From: Mustelus asterias | Taxonomy: Eukaryota | Assembly (NCBI RefSeq): GCF_964213995.1 | Contig: NW_027590185.1 | Coordinates: 372,001-436,000, forward strand | Direction: 5' to 3' | DNA: 64,000 bases | In this document: positions 34,901-48,344 of the stretch, in pieces | How the letters are laid out: each line of letters begins with the position of its first letter | How positions within the stretch are numbered: the first letter of the stretch is position 1 | Notes under the pieces: model-generated | Databases searched by the model: none | Told to the model about the DNA's origin: nothing | The model's input: only the letters and a program-made list of their open reading frames with translations | Program-made: the position numbers and the translations under genes

Positions 34901-35856
34901 CTTCCTGTCCGGTGCTGTGACCTGCCTGAAAAACAGGTAGAATGAGCTTGGAGGTACAATTATTCTTATTAGACTCGCATTACTGGATCATTGCTGTTCT
35001 CGCATCTTTTTAGTTGTGACCAATGCTTCCATTGCCCCTTTCCCCTGATTTCAACGCAGGCGCAGGTATCCCCACTAATGAGGACTCGGTGTCGTCCCGA
35101 CCACCGGGGCGCTAGACCAGGCCTTTCAGGTAGCAATGTAACCATTACATGGGATCCTGCTTTTCGCACTGTGGCCTGTTCAGGGTACTGCCTTTCTTTA
35201 TCTTTAAGTTCCTGCTGTTCTCTCGCCTGCTGTCTCATTTCTTTTAGCTGCTCACTCAGTTCTAAGACATATCTGCTGATTTTGTCTGTTAAGGGTCCAA
35301 CATCTTCCCCTCCGGTAATTATGCCTGGGGGCAATTGCGTGGCCCGCCCGGTCATCAGTTCGTAACGCGATTAGGTGATGAGTTTCATAAGCACAGTGGG
35401 TAGGACCTCTGTCCTCCTGTTGTGTTTTCCATGTCAAGCCTTTGCGAGAGCGGACTGCAGGGTCCGATTCATCCTCTCGACCATACCTGAACTCTGTGGA
35501 TGGTAGGGGATGCGGAACTTCTGCTTTATTCCCATCGACTCGCACGTCTTTTTCATAACTGTTCCCGTGAAGTGGGTGCCCTGATCGGAATCGATCTGCA
35601 AAGGGACCCCCATCTGGGAAATACTTCACTCGCTAGGATTTCTGCAACAGTGGAAGCAATGCAATCCGGGTGGGGAATGCTTCCACCCACCGGGTGAATA
35701 GGTCAATTATGACTAAACAATATCTCTTGCCCCGTGATGCGGGAAGTGGTCCTGTGAAATCTATCTGGAGATTTTCCCAAGGCCCCCGGGGTCTTGGATG
35801 GTGAGCCATTCGGATCTTTATGGGTAGCCCGCGGTTGTGCTGCGCGCATATGAGAC

Positions 35857-38099
35857 ATAGAACATAGAACATAGAAAGCCACAGCACAAACAGGCCCTTC
35901 GGCCCACAAGTTGCGCCGATCACATCCCCACCTCTAGGCCTATCTATAGCCCTCAATCCCATTAAATCCCATGTACTCATCCAGAAGTCTCTTAAAAGAC
36001 CCCAACGAGTTTGCCTCCACCACCACCGACGTCAGCCGATTCCACTCACCCACCACCCTCTGAGTGAAAAACTTACCCCTGACATCCCCCCTGTACCTAC
36101 CCCCCAGCACCTTAAACCTGTGTCCTCTCGTAGCAACCATTTCAGCCCTTGGAAATAGCCTCTGAGAGTCCACCCTATCCAGACCCCTCAACATCTTGTA
36201 AACCTCTATCAGGTCACCTCTCATCCTTCGTCTCTCCAGGGAGAAGAGACCAAGCTCCCTCAACCTATCCTCATAAGGCATGCCCCCCAATCCAGGCAAC
36301 ATCCTTGTAAATCTCCTCTGCACCCTTTCAATGGCTTCAACATCTTTCCTGTAATGAGGTGACCAGAACTGCGCGCAGTACTCCAAGTGGGGTCTAACCA
36401 GGGTCCTATAAAGCTGCAGCATTATCTCCCGACTCCTAAACTCAATCCCTCGATTAATGAAGGCTAGTACGCCATACGCCTTCTTGACCGCATCCTCCAC
36501 CTGCGAGGCCGATTTAAGAGTCCTATGGACCCGGACCCCAAGGTCCCTCTGATCCTCTAATCTGCTAAGAATGGTACCCTTCATTTTATACTGCTGCTCC
36601 ATCCCATTGGATCTGCCAAAATGGATCACCACACACTTATCCGGGTTGAAGTCCATCTGCCACTTCTCCGCCCAGTCCTGCATTCTATCTATGTCTCGCT
36701 GCAACTTCTGACATCCCTCCAAACTATCCACAACACCACCTACCTTGGTGTCGTCAGCAAACTTACCAACCCATCCCTCCACTTCCTCATCCAGGTCATT
36801 TATGAAAATGACAAACAGCAAGGGTCCCAGAACAGATCCCTGGGGCACTCCACTGGTCACTGACCTCCATGCAGAGAAAGACCCCTCCACAGCCACTCTC
36901 TGCCTTCTGCAGGCAAGCCAGTTCTGGATCCACAAGGCAACAGCCCCTTGGATCCCATGCCCTCTCACTTTCTCAAGAAGTCTTGCATGGGGGACCTTAT
37001 CGAACGCTTTGCTGAAGTCCATATAGACCACATCCACCGCTCTTCCTTCGTCAATGTGCTTGGTCACATTTTCAAAGAACTCAACCAGGCTCGTAAGGCA
37101 CGACCTGCCCCTGACAAAGCCGTGCGGACTACTTTTGATCATACTAAACTTCTCTAGATGATCATAAATCCTGTCTCTCAGGATCCTCTCCATCAACTTA
37201 CCAACCACTGAGGTTAGACTCACCGGTCGGTAATTTCCCGGGCTGTCCCTGTTCCCTTTCTTGAATATAGGGACCACATCCGCAATCCTCCAATCCTCCG
37301 GAACCTCTCCCGTCTCCATCGACGATGCAAAGATCATCGCCAAAGGCTCCGCAATCTCCTCCCTCGCCTCCCACAGTAACCTGGGGTACATCCCATCCGG
37401 TCCCGGCGACTGACCAACCTTGATGCCATTCAATAGTTCCAACACATCCTCTTTCTTTATGTCCACATGCTCGATCCTTTCTGTCCTCCGCAATCCAGCA
37501 GTACAACCACCCAGATCCATTTCCACCGTGAATACCGAGGTAAAGTATTCATTAAGCACCTCCGCCATTTCTAACGGTTCCGCACAAACTTTTCCCCCTT
37601 CACCTTTTAAGGGTCCTATGCCTTCACATCTCATCCTTTTACTCTTGACATATTTGTAGAAAGCCTTGGGATTCTCCTTAATCTTACCCGCCAAGGTCTT
37701 CTCATGACCCCTTCTCGCTCTCCTAATTTCCTTCTTAAGCTCCTTCCTACATCGCGTATACTCCTCTAAATCCTTAACACCTCCTAGCTCTCTGAACCTT
37801 CTGTACGCCTCTCTTTTCTTATTTACCAGGTTCATCACAACCTTCGTGCACCACGGTTCCCGTACCCTACCAACACCCCCCTGTCTCATCGGAACGTTGT
37901 CATGCAGAGCTCCAGACAAACATTCCTTGAAAATCCTCCACTTTCCTTCGGCACTTTTCCCCAAGAATGCCTCCTTCCAATTTACCCGTCTAATTTCCTC
38001 CCTGATGACACTGTATTTCCCTTTACTCCAGAGAAACACTTTCCTAGCCTGCCTGACCCTATCTCTTTCCAATGCTGTCGTGAAGGAGATAGAATTATG
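35857..38099 (-). mobile_element. Young 5'-truncated CR1 LINE inserted in the integrase zinc finger
   Basis: Open 710-aa ORF2 (35940-38072); flanks rejoin as CQR(C)LICAQH. Confidence 0.93.
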
Positions 38100-39513
38100 A
38101 TCGCTGACAGTATTCAGCTATGTCTCTTCCCATCGCCGGCCACCAATCCCTACTCAGGAGATGATTCATGGCGTTTCTGCCAGTGTGATCACGGCCATGG
38201 TTTAACTGCAGCAGGGTGCGCCTGATGCAATCTGGGGCTATTACCTTTCTTTCCTTCCTCCAGGCGCCCTGGGCATCTGGTTTCCCGCCTCTTTCTTCCC
38301 AGACCTGCTTCTCTGCCTCGGGGGTGTCCCGGTGTAACTGGACTATATCCACACTGTCTGTGGTGATACTAGGTGTTGGGAGAGCGTCACTTAAAACCTG
38401 CTGCGCTGCCTTATCAGCTGCAGCGTTCCCTGCTTGTTCTGGAGTTTCTATTTCCCTATGCACTTTGACTTTAATTACTGCTGCTTCTTTGGGCAGCTTT
38501 GAGGCGCGGGATAGAGCTTCAATCCTTTCCTGGTGCTTTATCATGTCCCCTCCCGACGTGACAAGCCCCCTGCGATCCCAGGCGGCCATATAATCATGTA
38601 TGACTCCGAACGCGTATTGGCTGTCGGTATATACATTCACGGTTTTGCCCTCTGCCAGGGTCAGGGCCTGTGTTAAAGCCTCTAATTCTGCGACTTGTGC
38701 TGACAGGGTGCTGGCTAATCGCCCTGAGGCTTCCACTTCTAACTTGTCGATAACTGCTGCCCACCCTGTTTTGGGGGTACCGTCAATATATTTCCAGGAC
38801 CCATCTACATAGAATCTTCAATCAGCCTGTCCTCAGGGGAATTCTTCTACTGGGGCTGCATCTACCTCTAGGTCGATTTCAGCGCACACATGTAATTCGC
38901 CAGTGGCTAAAATCCCTGCAGCGGGGTTTACTCCTGTGTCCCTTATTATAGTGATTGATCGACCTTTGGGGAGCAGAACTGATTCCCACTTAGCTCTCCT
39001 TTAATTAGAGACTGCTCTGAGCTTACTATTGTTAAGCATTTCAACGATGGTATGCCTGGTGTGGAGGATGATTTCCCCCGTCATCACCGTGGGCTCGCTA
39101 ATACTAACTGCCCATGCAGCACAGTCAATTGCTGCAACGCAGCAGGACGAGCCGGCTGCCACTGGTGACTGCTGTGTGGAGCAGTAAGCTACGGGTCGCA
39201 GGGTTTCCCCATGTGTTTGGGCTATTACTGCGGCATAGAATCCCTCCTCATTCTCACAAAATATATGGAAGGGCTTCCTCGGGTCAGGTAAACCGAGACT
39301 CGGAACTGCTATAAAGGCTTGTTTTAACCTTGCATAAGCTTCCTCCTGTTCGGGTCCCCATTCTATCAGTTTGCCCCCCGGGGCCTCCCCCATTTACGAG
39401 CCGCTGTATGGGCTCGGCTAAGGTGGCAAAATTGGGAATAAAGGTTCGGCTGTAGTTGAACGGTCCCAAAACCTTGCGGACTCCCCTCAGGGAGACTGGC
39501 CTGGGCATGACCT

Positions 39514-39751
39514 GGATGTGGAGATGCCAGCGTTGGACTGGGGTAAACACAGTAAGAGTTTTAACAACACGAGGTTAAAGTCCAAAAGATTTATTTGGTA
39601 GCAAATGCCATTAGCTTTCGGAGCGCTGCTCCTTCGTCAGATGGAGTGGATATCTGCTCCATCTGACGAAGAACCAGCGCTCCAAAAGCTAATGGTATTT
39701 GCTACCAAATAAACCTGTTGGACTTTAACCTGGTGTTGTTAAAACTCTTAC
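39514..39751. mobile_element. Palindromic Penelope terminal-repeat insertion in pol
   Basis: ~100-bp inverted arms; TSD CATGACCT at 39506-39513 and 39752-39759. Confidence 0.85.
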
Positions 39752-40975
39752 CATGACCTCGATGGAAACCCTCCTCTCGTGAGGCATGGTCCGAGTACCC
39801 TGGGATATCTCCTGTCCATGTACATGACAGTGTCTCTTCCTGTATGGGCCTTTTTGGGGTTCATCGTCAACCAGCCCCTTTCTAAGGCTCGCAGCACCTC
39901 AATCAGGGCTACAGGATGTCCTTGCCTGTCTTCTGAGGCAATTAGGATGTCGTCCACATACTGAAGGACAGTGAAGCGGTCGGGGGTGAGATCTACTCCC
40001 TCTAATATCCTATTCATAACCTGGTGGAAGATGGCGGGACTGTTGTGGAACCCCTGAGGGAGTCTCGTCCAGGTATATTGCTTTTCGCCCACAGTGAATG
40101 CAAATTTGTCCTGAGACTCCGTGTCTAACGGCACCGACCAGAAGCCATTTGCTATGTCTAACACCGTGAAAATGCTGTACTTAGGGCCCTATCCATTCAG
40201 GATTATGGAGGGGCGTGCCACTATGGGATGTACTTTTGGGGTGACTTTGTTAAGCTCTGTATAATCGATTGTTAAACGGAAGGTTTTATCGGGCTTTGCT
40301 ACTGGCCATACTGGGGAGTTTGTGGTACTAGTAGTGGAGCGTATTACCCCCCTCCCTTCTAGGTCCTGTACACGAGCCCACACGGCTTGGTATGCCTCCG
40401 GCTTTATGGGGTACTGTCTGTGTGGTTTGTGGTCTGGGGTGGGAACATGGACCGGATCCATAGGAACCTTTCCTGTGTCCTGCTTATCCCTGGCCCATAC
40501 TTCTGTCAGTACTTTACAAATTATTCCAAAAGGCTGGGGCTCTGTGTCCCAGTCCCTCTGAAACATTTTAACGCTCCCGATCATTGCGATGCTTTGGCAG
40601 GATTGGTGGAGCTTACATTTGTTCCCATTACTGTGGGACCAATGAATCTTATGATTCCTGGGGTCTATGAGTATGCTTAATTCCTCTAAAATATCCATTC
40701 CTAGCATAGTTCCCTCGTTGTTCTGGAATACAAAGAACTGGACCGGCACCGGTCGCCCTGCTACCTCTGAGACTACCGTCTTGCTCTTGTAAGCCTTAAT
40801 ACAAGTTCCCCCCTACCCCAACTAGGTGGGTGTAATCCTTGGTCACGGGAAGGGGTAGGTCGGTCAGGGATACAGAGGCTCCTGTGTCTACTAACATTTC
40901 GCAAGGCAGGCCCCCCAGGAGGGCAGGCACGTAGACAAACTTGTCTCCCTCTGTGTCTATGGGAGCCGCCTGTGC

Positions 40976-42300
40976 TCATGCCTTCCCCTGGTCCCTCAGC
41001 CATTTCAGGAAGGCTTCCTGCATGTCTAAGTGGGGTTCGGGCTTGGGCTTGAGCCTGCACTGCTCAGCTGAGTGACCTGTTCTGCCACAGGTCCCACAAG
41101 CTTGTCCAGGTTCTGATCGACAGTGCCGAGCTATGTGCCCGGGTCTTCCGCAGCGGAAGCACTTAGATGTTGGTTTAAAGTTAGGGGCATCTATTTTTGA
41201 AGAGGCTGTCCGGGACCAGGGTGCGGTTCGGTTGCTCCCTGCCCCGGCCCTGGCATCTACCCGGCGTGCCCACTGGACTGCGGTATCGTAGGTGTCTGCA
41301 GTGACGATTCCGAATTTTAAAACTTCCTGATGTGTCGGGGAAAGCCCGTCTAAAAACATTTGGATGCACGGGGCATCGTTAGGGTCGGGGTTTTCCTGCC
41401 CGGACGACTCATAATAAGCCTCATGCAGGCGAGTAGCATAGTTGCTGCTGGATTCTCCCTTTTCCTTCCTACAGGATTGGAGTGTTCCCCAGTTGGTGGC
41501 AGGGTTTCCCAGAGCTGTACAGACTGCACGTTTAAAGGCATTATATGCGTCCCTGGATCGCCCTGGAGGCATTGTTAGGGACTCCGTTCGCCCATGCCCC
41601 ATCCTGGATCGTGGAGGTGACAGGGTTCTCCGGGTCAGTGCTGGTTAGAGTCCTCCATTCATCTGAGAGGCACTTCGCTCTGACTATCTGGTGGATATCA
41701 CGGGGGTGGAGATCGTGGACATCCCACATCTCCTCAAGAGTCCTACAGAACTCTGTATTTTTACTTCGGGTGCGCAGAGTACCTAACTCCTTTCGGATAG
41801 TCTGCTTTTCTAAGGGAGTGAATGCTTTATAGCGATCCTGGCCATTAGCTGTCCTCTGTACTGGGGCACATTTCTGTACGCTGCCGGGTTCGTACTCGGG
41901 TGGTGCACTAGGAAGTGCGGGGTACACCGAAGACGTGGTGGTCTCCGGGGCGCTAATTTTACGGGTTTCGGCTCATAATTCTGGGATCCGAGCCTCTAAA
42001 CTTGCAATACTCTTCGTCTTTTCCTCTAACTTTTCCTGGTAAACCAGGTTCATACGGACCGCTATCATTAACTGTTTAACTAAAATTACTGCAGCCTTTT
42101 TAGAAGCGTCCCGCTGGTGGCTATTCCACCATTCCCTTTGTAGTGGGAAGGACGCACAGGAGTCCCATCCCTCCTTTCACATTTTCCTGATTAGTTTCTG
42201 CTGTTGCATCCCAAATATAAGAGATCCTTCTGGCCCCCATTCTAGGGAGAGGCTATCCTCTTGCTCCCTTCCTCCCCTTACGTATGCGCAACCTACTTCA
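40976..42300 (-). pseudogene. gag: ERV gag, frameshifted
   Basis: MHR-like RKEKGESSSNYATRL and two CCHC knuckles (CFRCGRPGHIARHC, CGTCGRTGHSAEQC); start approximate. Confidence 0.85.
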
Positions 42301-42881
42301 GAATCTCTGTCCTGGGGTAATCTTTCCTCGGGCTTTCCTTCATGGGGCATTCTGTCTCTCTTTCTCTCTCTTGCCTTTCTGTACCTTTCACATTCCCTGA
42401 GCCCGTACCCCACTCCTATTTTGAGTGCTTCTGGAATCTGTCAACCCTTTCGGTTCCCTAAGTTCCTGGCTGACAGAGGTATGCCTAACCTACCCGGTCA
42501 TCCAATAAGGCCTTTTTCTTTATCACCCTTATTGGCGCACCGGGTGGTTAGCAGGGATATGAAGGCCTGCCATGACAATGGTCCACCTCTTGTGGATGCT
42601 TACAAGGCCCTCTCACAATAGGTAGCCGACCAATAGGTAGCCGACAGCAGTGTACTTAACCGTGTTACAAATTCAAAGTTCTCAATCAGTGAAATTTGTG
42701 CAGTAGCCAATCAGTGTATGTGCACTTTTTGTACCCACTCAGTCTACAGCTGTTATCCAGGTTGGAGGAAGTCCCCTCCTGGTCCCGACGGCGCTCGGAT
42801 CCTTCCGGACTCTGGACGTCTGAAATTGACTTCTCACCCACTTGATCCTTGTCACCGTGGGTCCAGCAAGTGGTCGCTTCC

Positions 42882-42899
42882 TCCCGGGTTTTGGCACCA
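42882..42899 (-). promoter_or_regulatory. Primer-binding site, tRNA-Phe
   Basis: TGGTGCCAAAACCCGGGA, 17/18 match to the complement of the vertebrate tRNA-Phe 3' end, 3 nt from the LTR. Confidence 0.85.
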
Positions 42900-42902
42900 A
42901 AC

Positions 42903-43505
42903 TGTAAGGGGAAATTACTCGCTTCCTACCAGCATAAAAGACAGGCAGGCATGAGCACAGTACAGAAAGGCAACGCAAACTTTATTCTCTGTTTAAAATA
43001 ACAGAAACAGCAGGCCTGGGGAGAGACAGCTGCTCGTCAACTGCTCTCCCTGGACATTCTGCGCTTTACAATTTATAGGGCTTTGAACTTCGCACCAAAC
43101 AAACGGGAATAGGCTCATCATGTATTACCTGTTACATGATCAGTGCCTGCTAATAACAAAAAGCAGTGGCACAATAGCAAGATATTAAAAAGCCATTACA
43201 GATAGGTGGAATTGACCTGTGGCTGATGATGTTGTGAACCAATTTCCCGAGGCTGATCTCTTTCTGGAGGGTTTCCTTTGTGTCTTGAGCTTCTTGCATA
43301 ATCTAATCAGTTGAGCTATTGTCTATGTTTCCCCTGCTTTGAGTCTAAAGTGATGAGGCTGTCTGAAGTGATTAAGGGGTGCCCATGAGTCATCGCATTG
43401 CTGTGAGCTGCTGACAATATTTTAAAATAAATTTGATATACACGTGTAAAATTTCCATGGTATTAAGCATAAAAGTCGTCTTAAGAATAAAGGTCGCCCC
43501 CTTCA
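42903..43505 (-). repeat. ERV 5' LTR
   Basis: TGAAGGGG...CCCCTTACA; TATA near 43075, AATAAA near 42985. Confidence 0.85.
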
Positions 43506-45805
43506 CCCTCCATACCAGGCAACATCCTGGTAAACCTTCTCTGCACTCTCTCCAAAGCCTCCACATCCTTCTGGTAGTGTGGCGACCAGAACTGGACGCA
43601 GTATTCCAAATGTGGCCCAACCAACGTTCTATACAGCTGCTACATCATATGCCAACTTTTATATTCTATGCCCCGTCCAATAAAGGTAAGCATGTCATAT
43701 GCCTTCTTCACCACCCTCTCCACCTGTGCTGCCAGCTTTAACGATCTGTGGACTTGTACACCCAGGTCCCTCTGTGTTTCTGTACTCCTGATGGTCCAGC
43801 CATTTATTGTACAGCTCCCCCTTACATTAGATCTCCCGAAATGCATCACTTCGCATTTATCTTGATTAAATTCTATCTGCCATTTTTCCGCCCAATGTTC
43901 CAGCCTATCTATATCCTGCTGTATTCACTGACAATGTTCATCACTATCCGCAACTCCAGCAATCTTTGTGTCGTCCGCAAACTTACTGATCACACCAGCT
44001 ACATCCTCCTCCAAATCATTTATATATATCACAAACAGCAGAGGTCCCAGTGCAGAGCCCTGCAGAACACCACAAGTTACAGACCTCCAACCGGAAAAAG
44101 ACCCCTCCACTGTTACCCTCTGTCTTATATGGCTAAGCCAGTTCTCCACCCATCTAGCTAGCTCACCTTTTATCCCGTGAGATTTAACCTTTTGCACCAG
44201 CCTGCCATGAGGGACCTTGTCAAACGCTTTACTAAAATCCATATAGACGACATCCACGGCCCTTTCCTCGTCAATCGTTTTTGTCACCTCCTCAAAAAAC
44301 TCAACCAAATTTGCGAGGCATGACCTCCCTCGTACAAAACCATGCTGTCTATTGCTACTGAGATTATTCAGTTCTAAATGCGCATATATCCTATCTCTAA
44401 GAATCTTCTCCAACAATTCCCCTACCACCGACGTCAAGCTCACCTGCCTATAAATGTCCGGGTTATCCTTCCTACCCTTCTTAAATAACGGGACAACATT
44501 TGCTATCCTCCAATCCTCTGGGACCTCACCTTTGTCCAGCAAAGAGACAAAGATTTCTGTCAGAGGCCCAGAAATTTCATCTCTTGCCTACCTGCGGAGT
44601 CCAGGATAGATGCCATCCGGCCCTCGGGATTTGTCTGTCTTAATGTTTCCTAAAGAACCTAACACTTCCTTCCTTGTAATTGAGATTTTTTCTAACGGGT
44701 CAACACATCTCTCTGAGACACTACCAGTGAACATGTCCCTCTCCTTTGTGAATACTGATGAAAAGTATTCGTTTAGGATCTCACCTACTTCCTTTGCTTC
44801 TCAGCATAATTCCCCTCCTTTGTCCCTGAGTGTTCCGATTCTTTCCCTAACAACCCGCTTGTTCAGAACATATGTATAAAATGCCTTAGGATTCTCCTTA
44901 ATCCTGTCTGCCAAGGACATTTCGTGACCCCTTTTTGCCCTTCTATCTCCCTGTTTAGGTTATTTTCTGCTTTCTCTGTATTCCTCCAGTGCTCCATCTG
45001 TTTTTAGCTGCCTGGACCTCATGTATGCCTCTTTTTTCTTTTTGATTAGACCCACAATTTCACTGGTTATCCACGGCTCTCGATTCCTACCTTTCCTATC
45101 CTTCCTCTTTACAGGCACATGCTTGTCCTGCAGTCCTATCAACTGCTACTTAAAATACTCCCACACGCCAGTTGTGGATTTATCCTCGAACTGCCTCTCC
45201 CAATCAACAGCCACCAAATCCTGCCTAATCCGGCTTTAGTTAGCCTTCCCCCTATTCAGCACCTTACCCAAAGGACAAGACTCATCTTTTTCCATTACTA
45301 TCCTAAAGTTTACAGAATTGTGGTCACTATTTGCCACATGTTCCCCCACTGAAACTTTGATGACCTGACCGGGCTCATTCCCCAGGACTAGGTCCAGTAT
45401 AGCCCCCTTTCAATTGCCCTGTCAACATATTATTCCAAAGGACCTTCCTGTACGCATTTTATAAATTCTTCCCCGTCCAGGTACCCAGCCCTAAGCGATT
45501 TCCAGTCTATGTGAGGGAAATTAAAGTCTCCCACTACAACAACCCTATTTTTTCTGTACCTGTCCAGAATCTCCTTACATATCCGTTCTTCAACTTCCCG
45601 TGGGCTGTTGGGAGGCCCGGAGTATACCCCCAGCATAGTGACTGCGCCCTTCCTGTTTCTGAGCTCCACCCACAGTGACTCGTTACCTGACCCTTCCAAA
45701 TTGTCCACCCTCTGTACCGCTGTAATATGCTCCCTAACCAGCATTGCTCTCATAGCCCCTCCTCTGTCTCGCCTAAAACACTTATACCCTGGAATATTCA
45801 AATCC
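43506..45805 (-). mobile_element. CR1 LINE (EN-RT), 3' end cut off by the LTR
   Basis: EN motifs (VVGDFNFP) and RT motifs, several stops; no tail. Confidence 0.9.
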
Positions 45806-47430
45806 TAATTGAATGGCGCATGCCTAATTGACAGGGGGCACTCCTAATTGACAGGTGGCACGCCTAACTGACAGGGGGAACTCCTAATTGACAAGGGCAC
45901 TCCTGATTGACGGGGGGCCCTCCTAATTGACAGGGGCACTCCTAATTGAGACTCAGCACTCGTAACTGAAAGAGTCGCTGCTCCAAATCTAAATAAGTTG
46001 CATTCCAAACCGCTATAAGTGCACTCCAAATCGAGATAGGGGGCACTCCAAATCGAGATAGGGGGCATTCCTAATGGAGATATAGGTGGCATTCCAATCG
46101 AGATAGGGGGCACTCCAAATCGAGATATGGCGCGCACTCCAAACCAAGATAGGGTGGGCACTCCAATTCGAGATAGGGGGCACTCCAAATCGAGATATGG
46201 GGGGCATTCCAAACCGAGATATGCAGGGCACTCCAAATCGTGATACGGGGAGGTTGGAAAACTCCAAATCGAGATATGGGGGGCACTCCAAATCGAGGGA
46301 TTGGAGGATCTTCAAATCGAGATATGGGAGGAACCGCAAACCCAGATATGGGGGGCACTCCAAATCGGGATATGGGGGTGCACTCCAACTCGAATGGGGG
46401 AAATCCAATTCGAGATAATGGCACACCTAGTCAAGGTAGGGGCATGCCTAATTGACAGAGGGCACTCATAATAGACAAGGGACACTCATAATTAACAAGG
46501 GGCACTCATAATTGACCCAGCCTCTCCTAATCGAAATAGTGAGCACTCCAAATTGAGATGGGAGCATTCCAAATCAAAATAGGGGGCATTCCAAATCGAG
46601 ATATAGGGCATTCCTAATTGACCCGGGGCACTGGAAATTGACATTTGGAACTCATAATCGATCGGGGGCACTCCGAGTTGACACTGGCACATAATTGACA
46701 GGGGGCGCACCTAATTCACCCAGGTATTCCTGATTGGCGGGCCACCCCTAATTGACAGGGTCACCCCTAATTGACGAGGCCACCCGTAATTGACAGGGGG
46801 CCCTCCTAATTGACATTGGGGCACTCCTCATAGTCATGGGGGGGGGGGGGCGGGCACTTGTCATCGAGATGTGGGGCACTTGTCATCGAGACAGGGAACA
46901 CTCTAAATCGAGATGGGGGTCACTCCAAATCGAGATCGGAGATGCTCCTAATTGAGATCGGGGGCACTCCAAATCGAGATAGGGGTCACTACAAATCGAC
47001 ACGTGTACTGGTAATTCACAGGGGGCACACCTAATTGACCTGAGCAGTCAGAAATGACAGGGGGTACTCATAATGGAGACTGGTATTCCTAATTGTCTGG
47101 TGGCACTCAAAATGGGCAGGGGGCACTCAGAATTGACAGGGGGCAATCCTAATTGACCAGGGCACTCATAATTCACCCGGAATTGACAGGGGTCACTCCT
47201 AATTGACTCGGGCACTCATATTTGAGATTCGGGCACTCATAATTATTCGCTGCTCCCATAACTGAAATAGTCGGTCTCCAAATCTAAATTGAGATAGAAG
47301 GCTCTTATTCGAGTTAGGGGATGCTCCAAATTGGGATGGGGTACTCTAAATCAGGATAGTGAGCAATCTAAATTGAGATAAGGCACACTTCAAATTGAGA
47401 TAGAGGTCTCTCTTATTGGAGATGGGGGAA
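45806..47430. repeat. ~20-22 bp satellite with two monomer variants
   Basis: GGGGCACTCCTAATTGACA and GGGGCACTCCAAATCGAGATA in alternating blocks. Confidence 0.9.
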
Positions 47431-47599
47431 GCCGGGAGTTGTGGGTGTTGCTGGATGTTTACTCTGGGCTCTGAGAGCCTCATTCCCCCATCATTAAGAG
47501 CAAAGGTGCTGCAGCAGGAGCATCAAGAGCACCCGGGGCAGCTGCCAATGAAATAAATAACAAGACACTGTTTGTGGTGCTGCCCAAATGGAAGAGTAG

Positions 47600-48081
47600 T
47601 GGGAGTAGTGGTCTGGGTAGTGGGGCGGTTGGGGGGTGAATAAGGGATACACACACAGATCACTGTTTCCCTTATTCACCACACCCCGCTACCCAGACCG
47701 ATCGCCACTCCTGCCCCCTTCCCCCCACCGATCGCCCGCAGAGTGACAGCGGACCCCCTGCACCCCCACCAGAGATCCATCTGCGCCCCCGCCCCCACCG
47801 CCCGAGATACACCCTCGCTCCTGCTTGTCACTCCGGGTCCGCTTTCTGTGCTTTCTGCGGGTCGGGTGCGGTCCGACACGGGCGCACTTTCTCCAATTTA
47901 TTTCTAACTGCGCATGATCAGTTCCGAGATCTGATCGTTCCGGCCGCACTAAGCCCCGTCCACAGCGGGAATAGGACTGGAGATGGCTGAAAGTGTATGG
48001 GGGCGTCTGGAAGCAGACTTCTAAGTCGGATCCGTACTTTACCCAGATTTCACTTAGAATGAAAATAGTAAAATCGGGCCC
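47600..48081 (-). mobile_element. GC-rich interspersed repeat, possible non-autonomous DNA transposon end
   Basis: Begins GGGCCCGATTTTA; homologous to 55061-55550. Confidence 0.5.
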
Positions 48082-48344
48082 TCTGTGTTAAATGCAAATA
48101 TAATTCTCTAAGTTGAGAGAGACACCAATCTTGTAAATGCATTTTCGTGAAATCTAATACAACTGGGTCCAATTCATTACAAGCATTATCATACAGTATC
48201 TTGTTTGTATTTATTATAACGAAACCATTTTGAGGTGCAGGACACGAATACTTAATTGGTGGAGATGAGGGAGTAGAGCAAAATTCATATTCAAATGTAC
48301 CATGTGCCAAGGAGGGTACCGAAGGGTTAGGTTAACTATCTAAT

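Larger units (their letters stand above)
34969..40975 (-). pseudogene. pol: ERV pro-pol (protease, RT, RNase H, integrase), disrupted
   Basis: LVDTGAS; LPQG and YVDD; SAQVAEL..YTDS; LQIDF..IIDLFTRWVEAFP. Confidence 0.9.
31161..43505 (-). mobile_element. Endogenous retrovirus (LTR-gag-pro-pol-env-LTR), defective, with nested insertions
   Basis: Two homologous LTRs, PBS, PPT (AAGAGGAGG near 33382-33390) and all retroviral genes in order. Confidence 0.93.

Noticed and set aside
45844-46710. Repetitive ORFs (LECPPYLD repeats), and similar ORFs at 48340-48665 and 55154-56427
   Set aside because: Translations of satellite or low-complexity DNA
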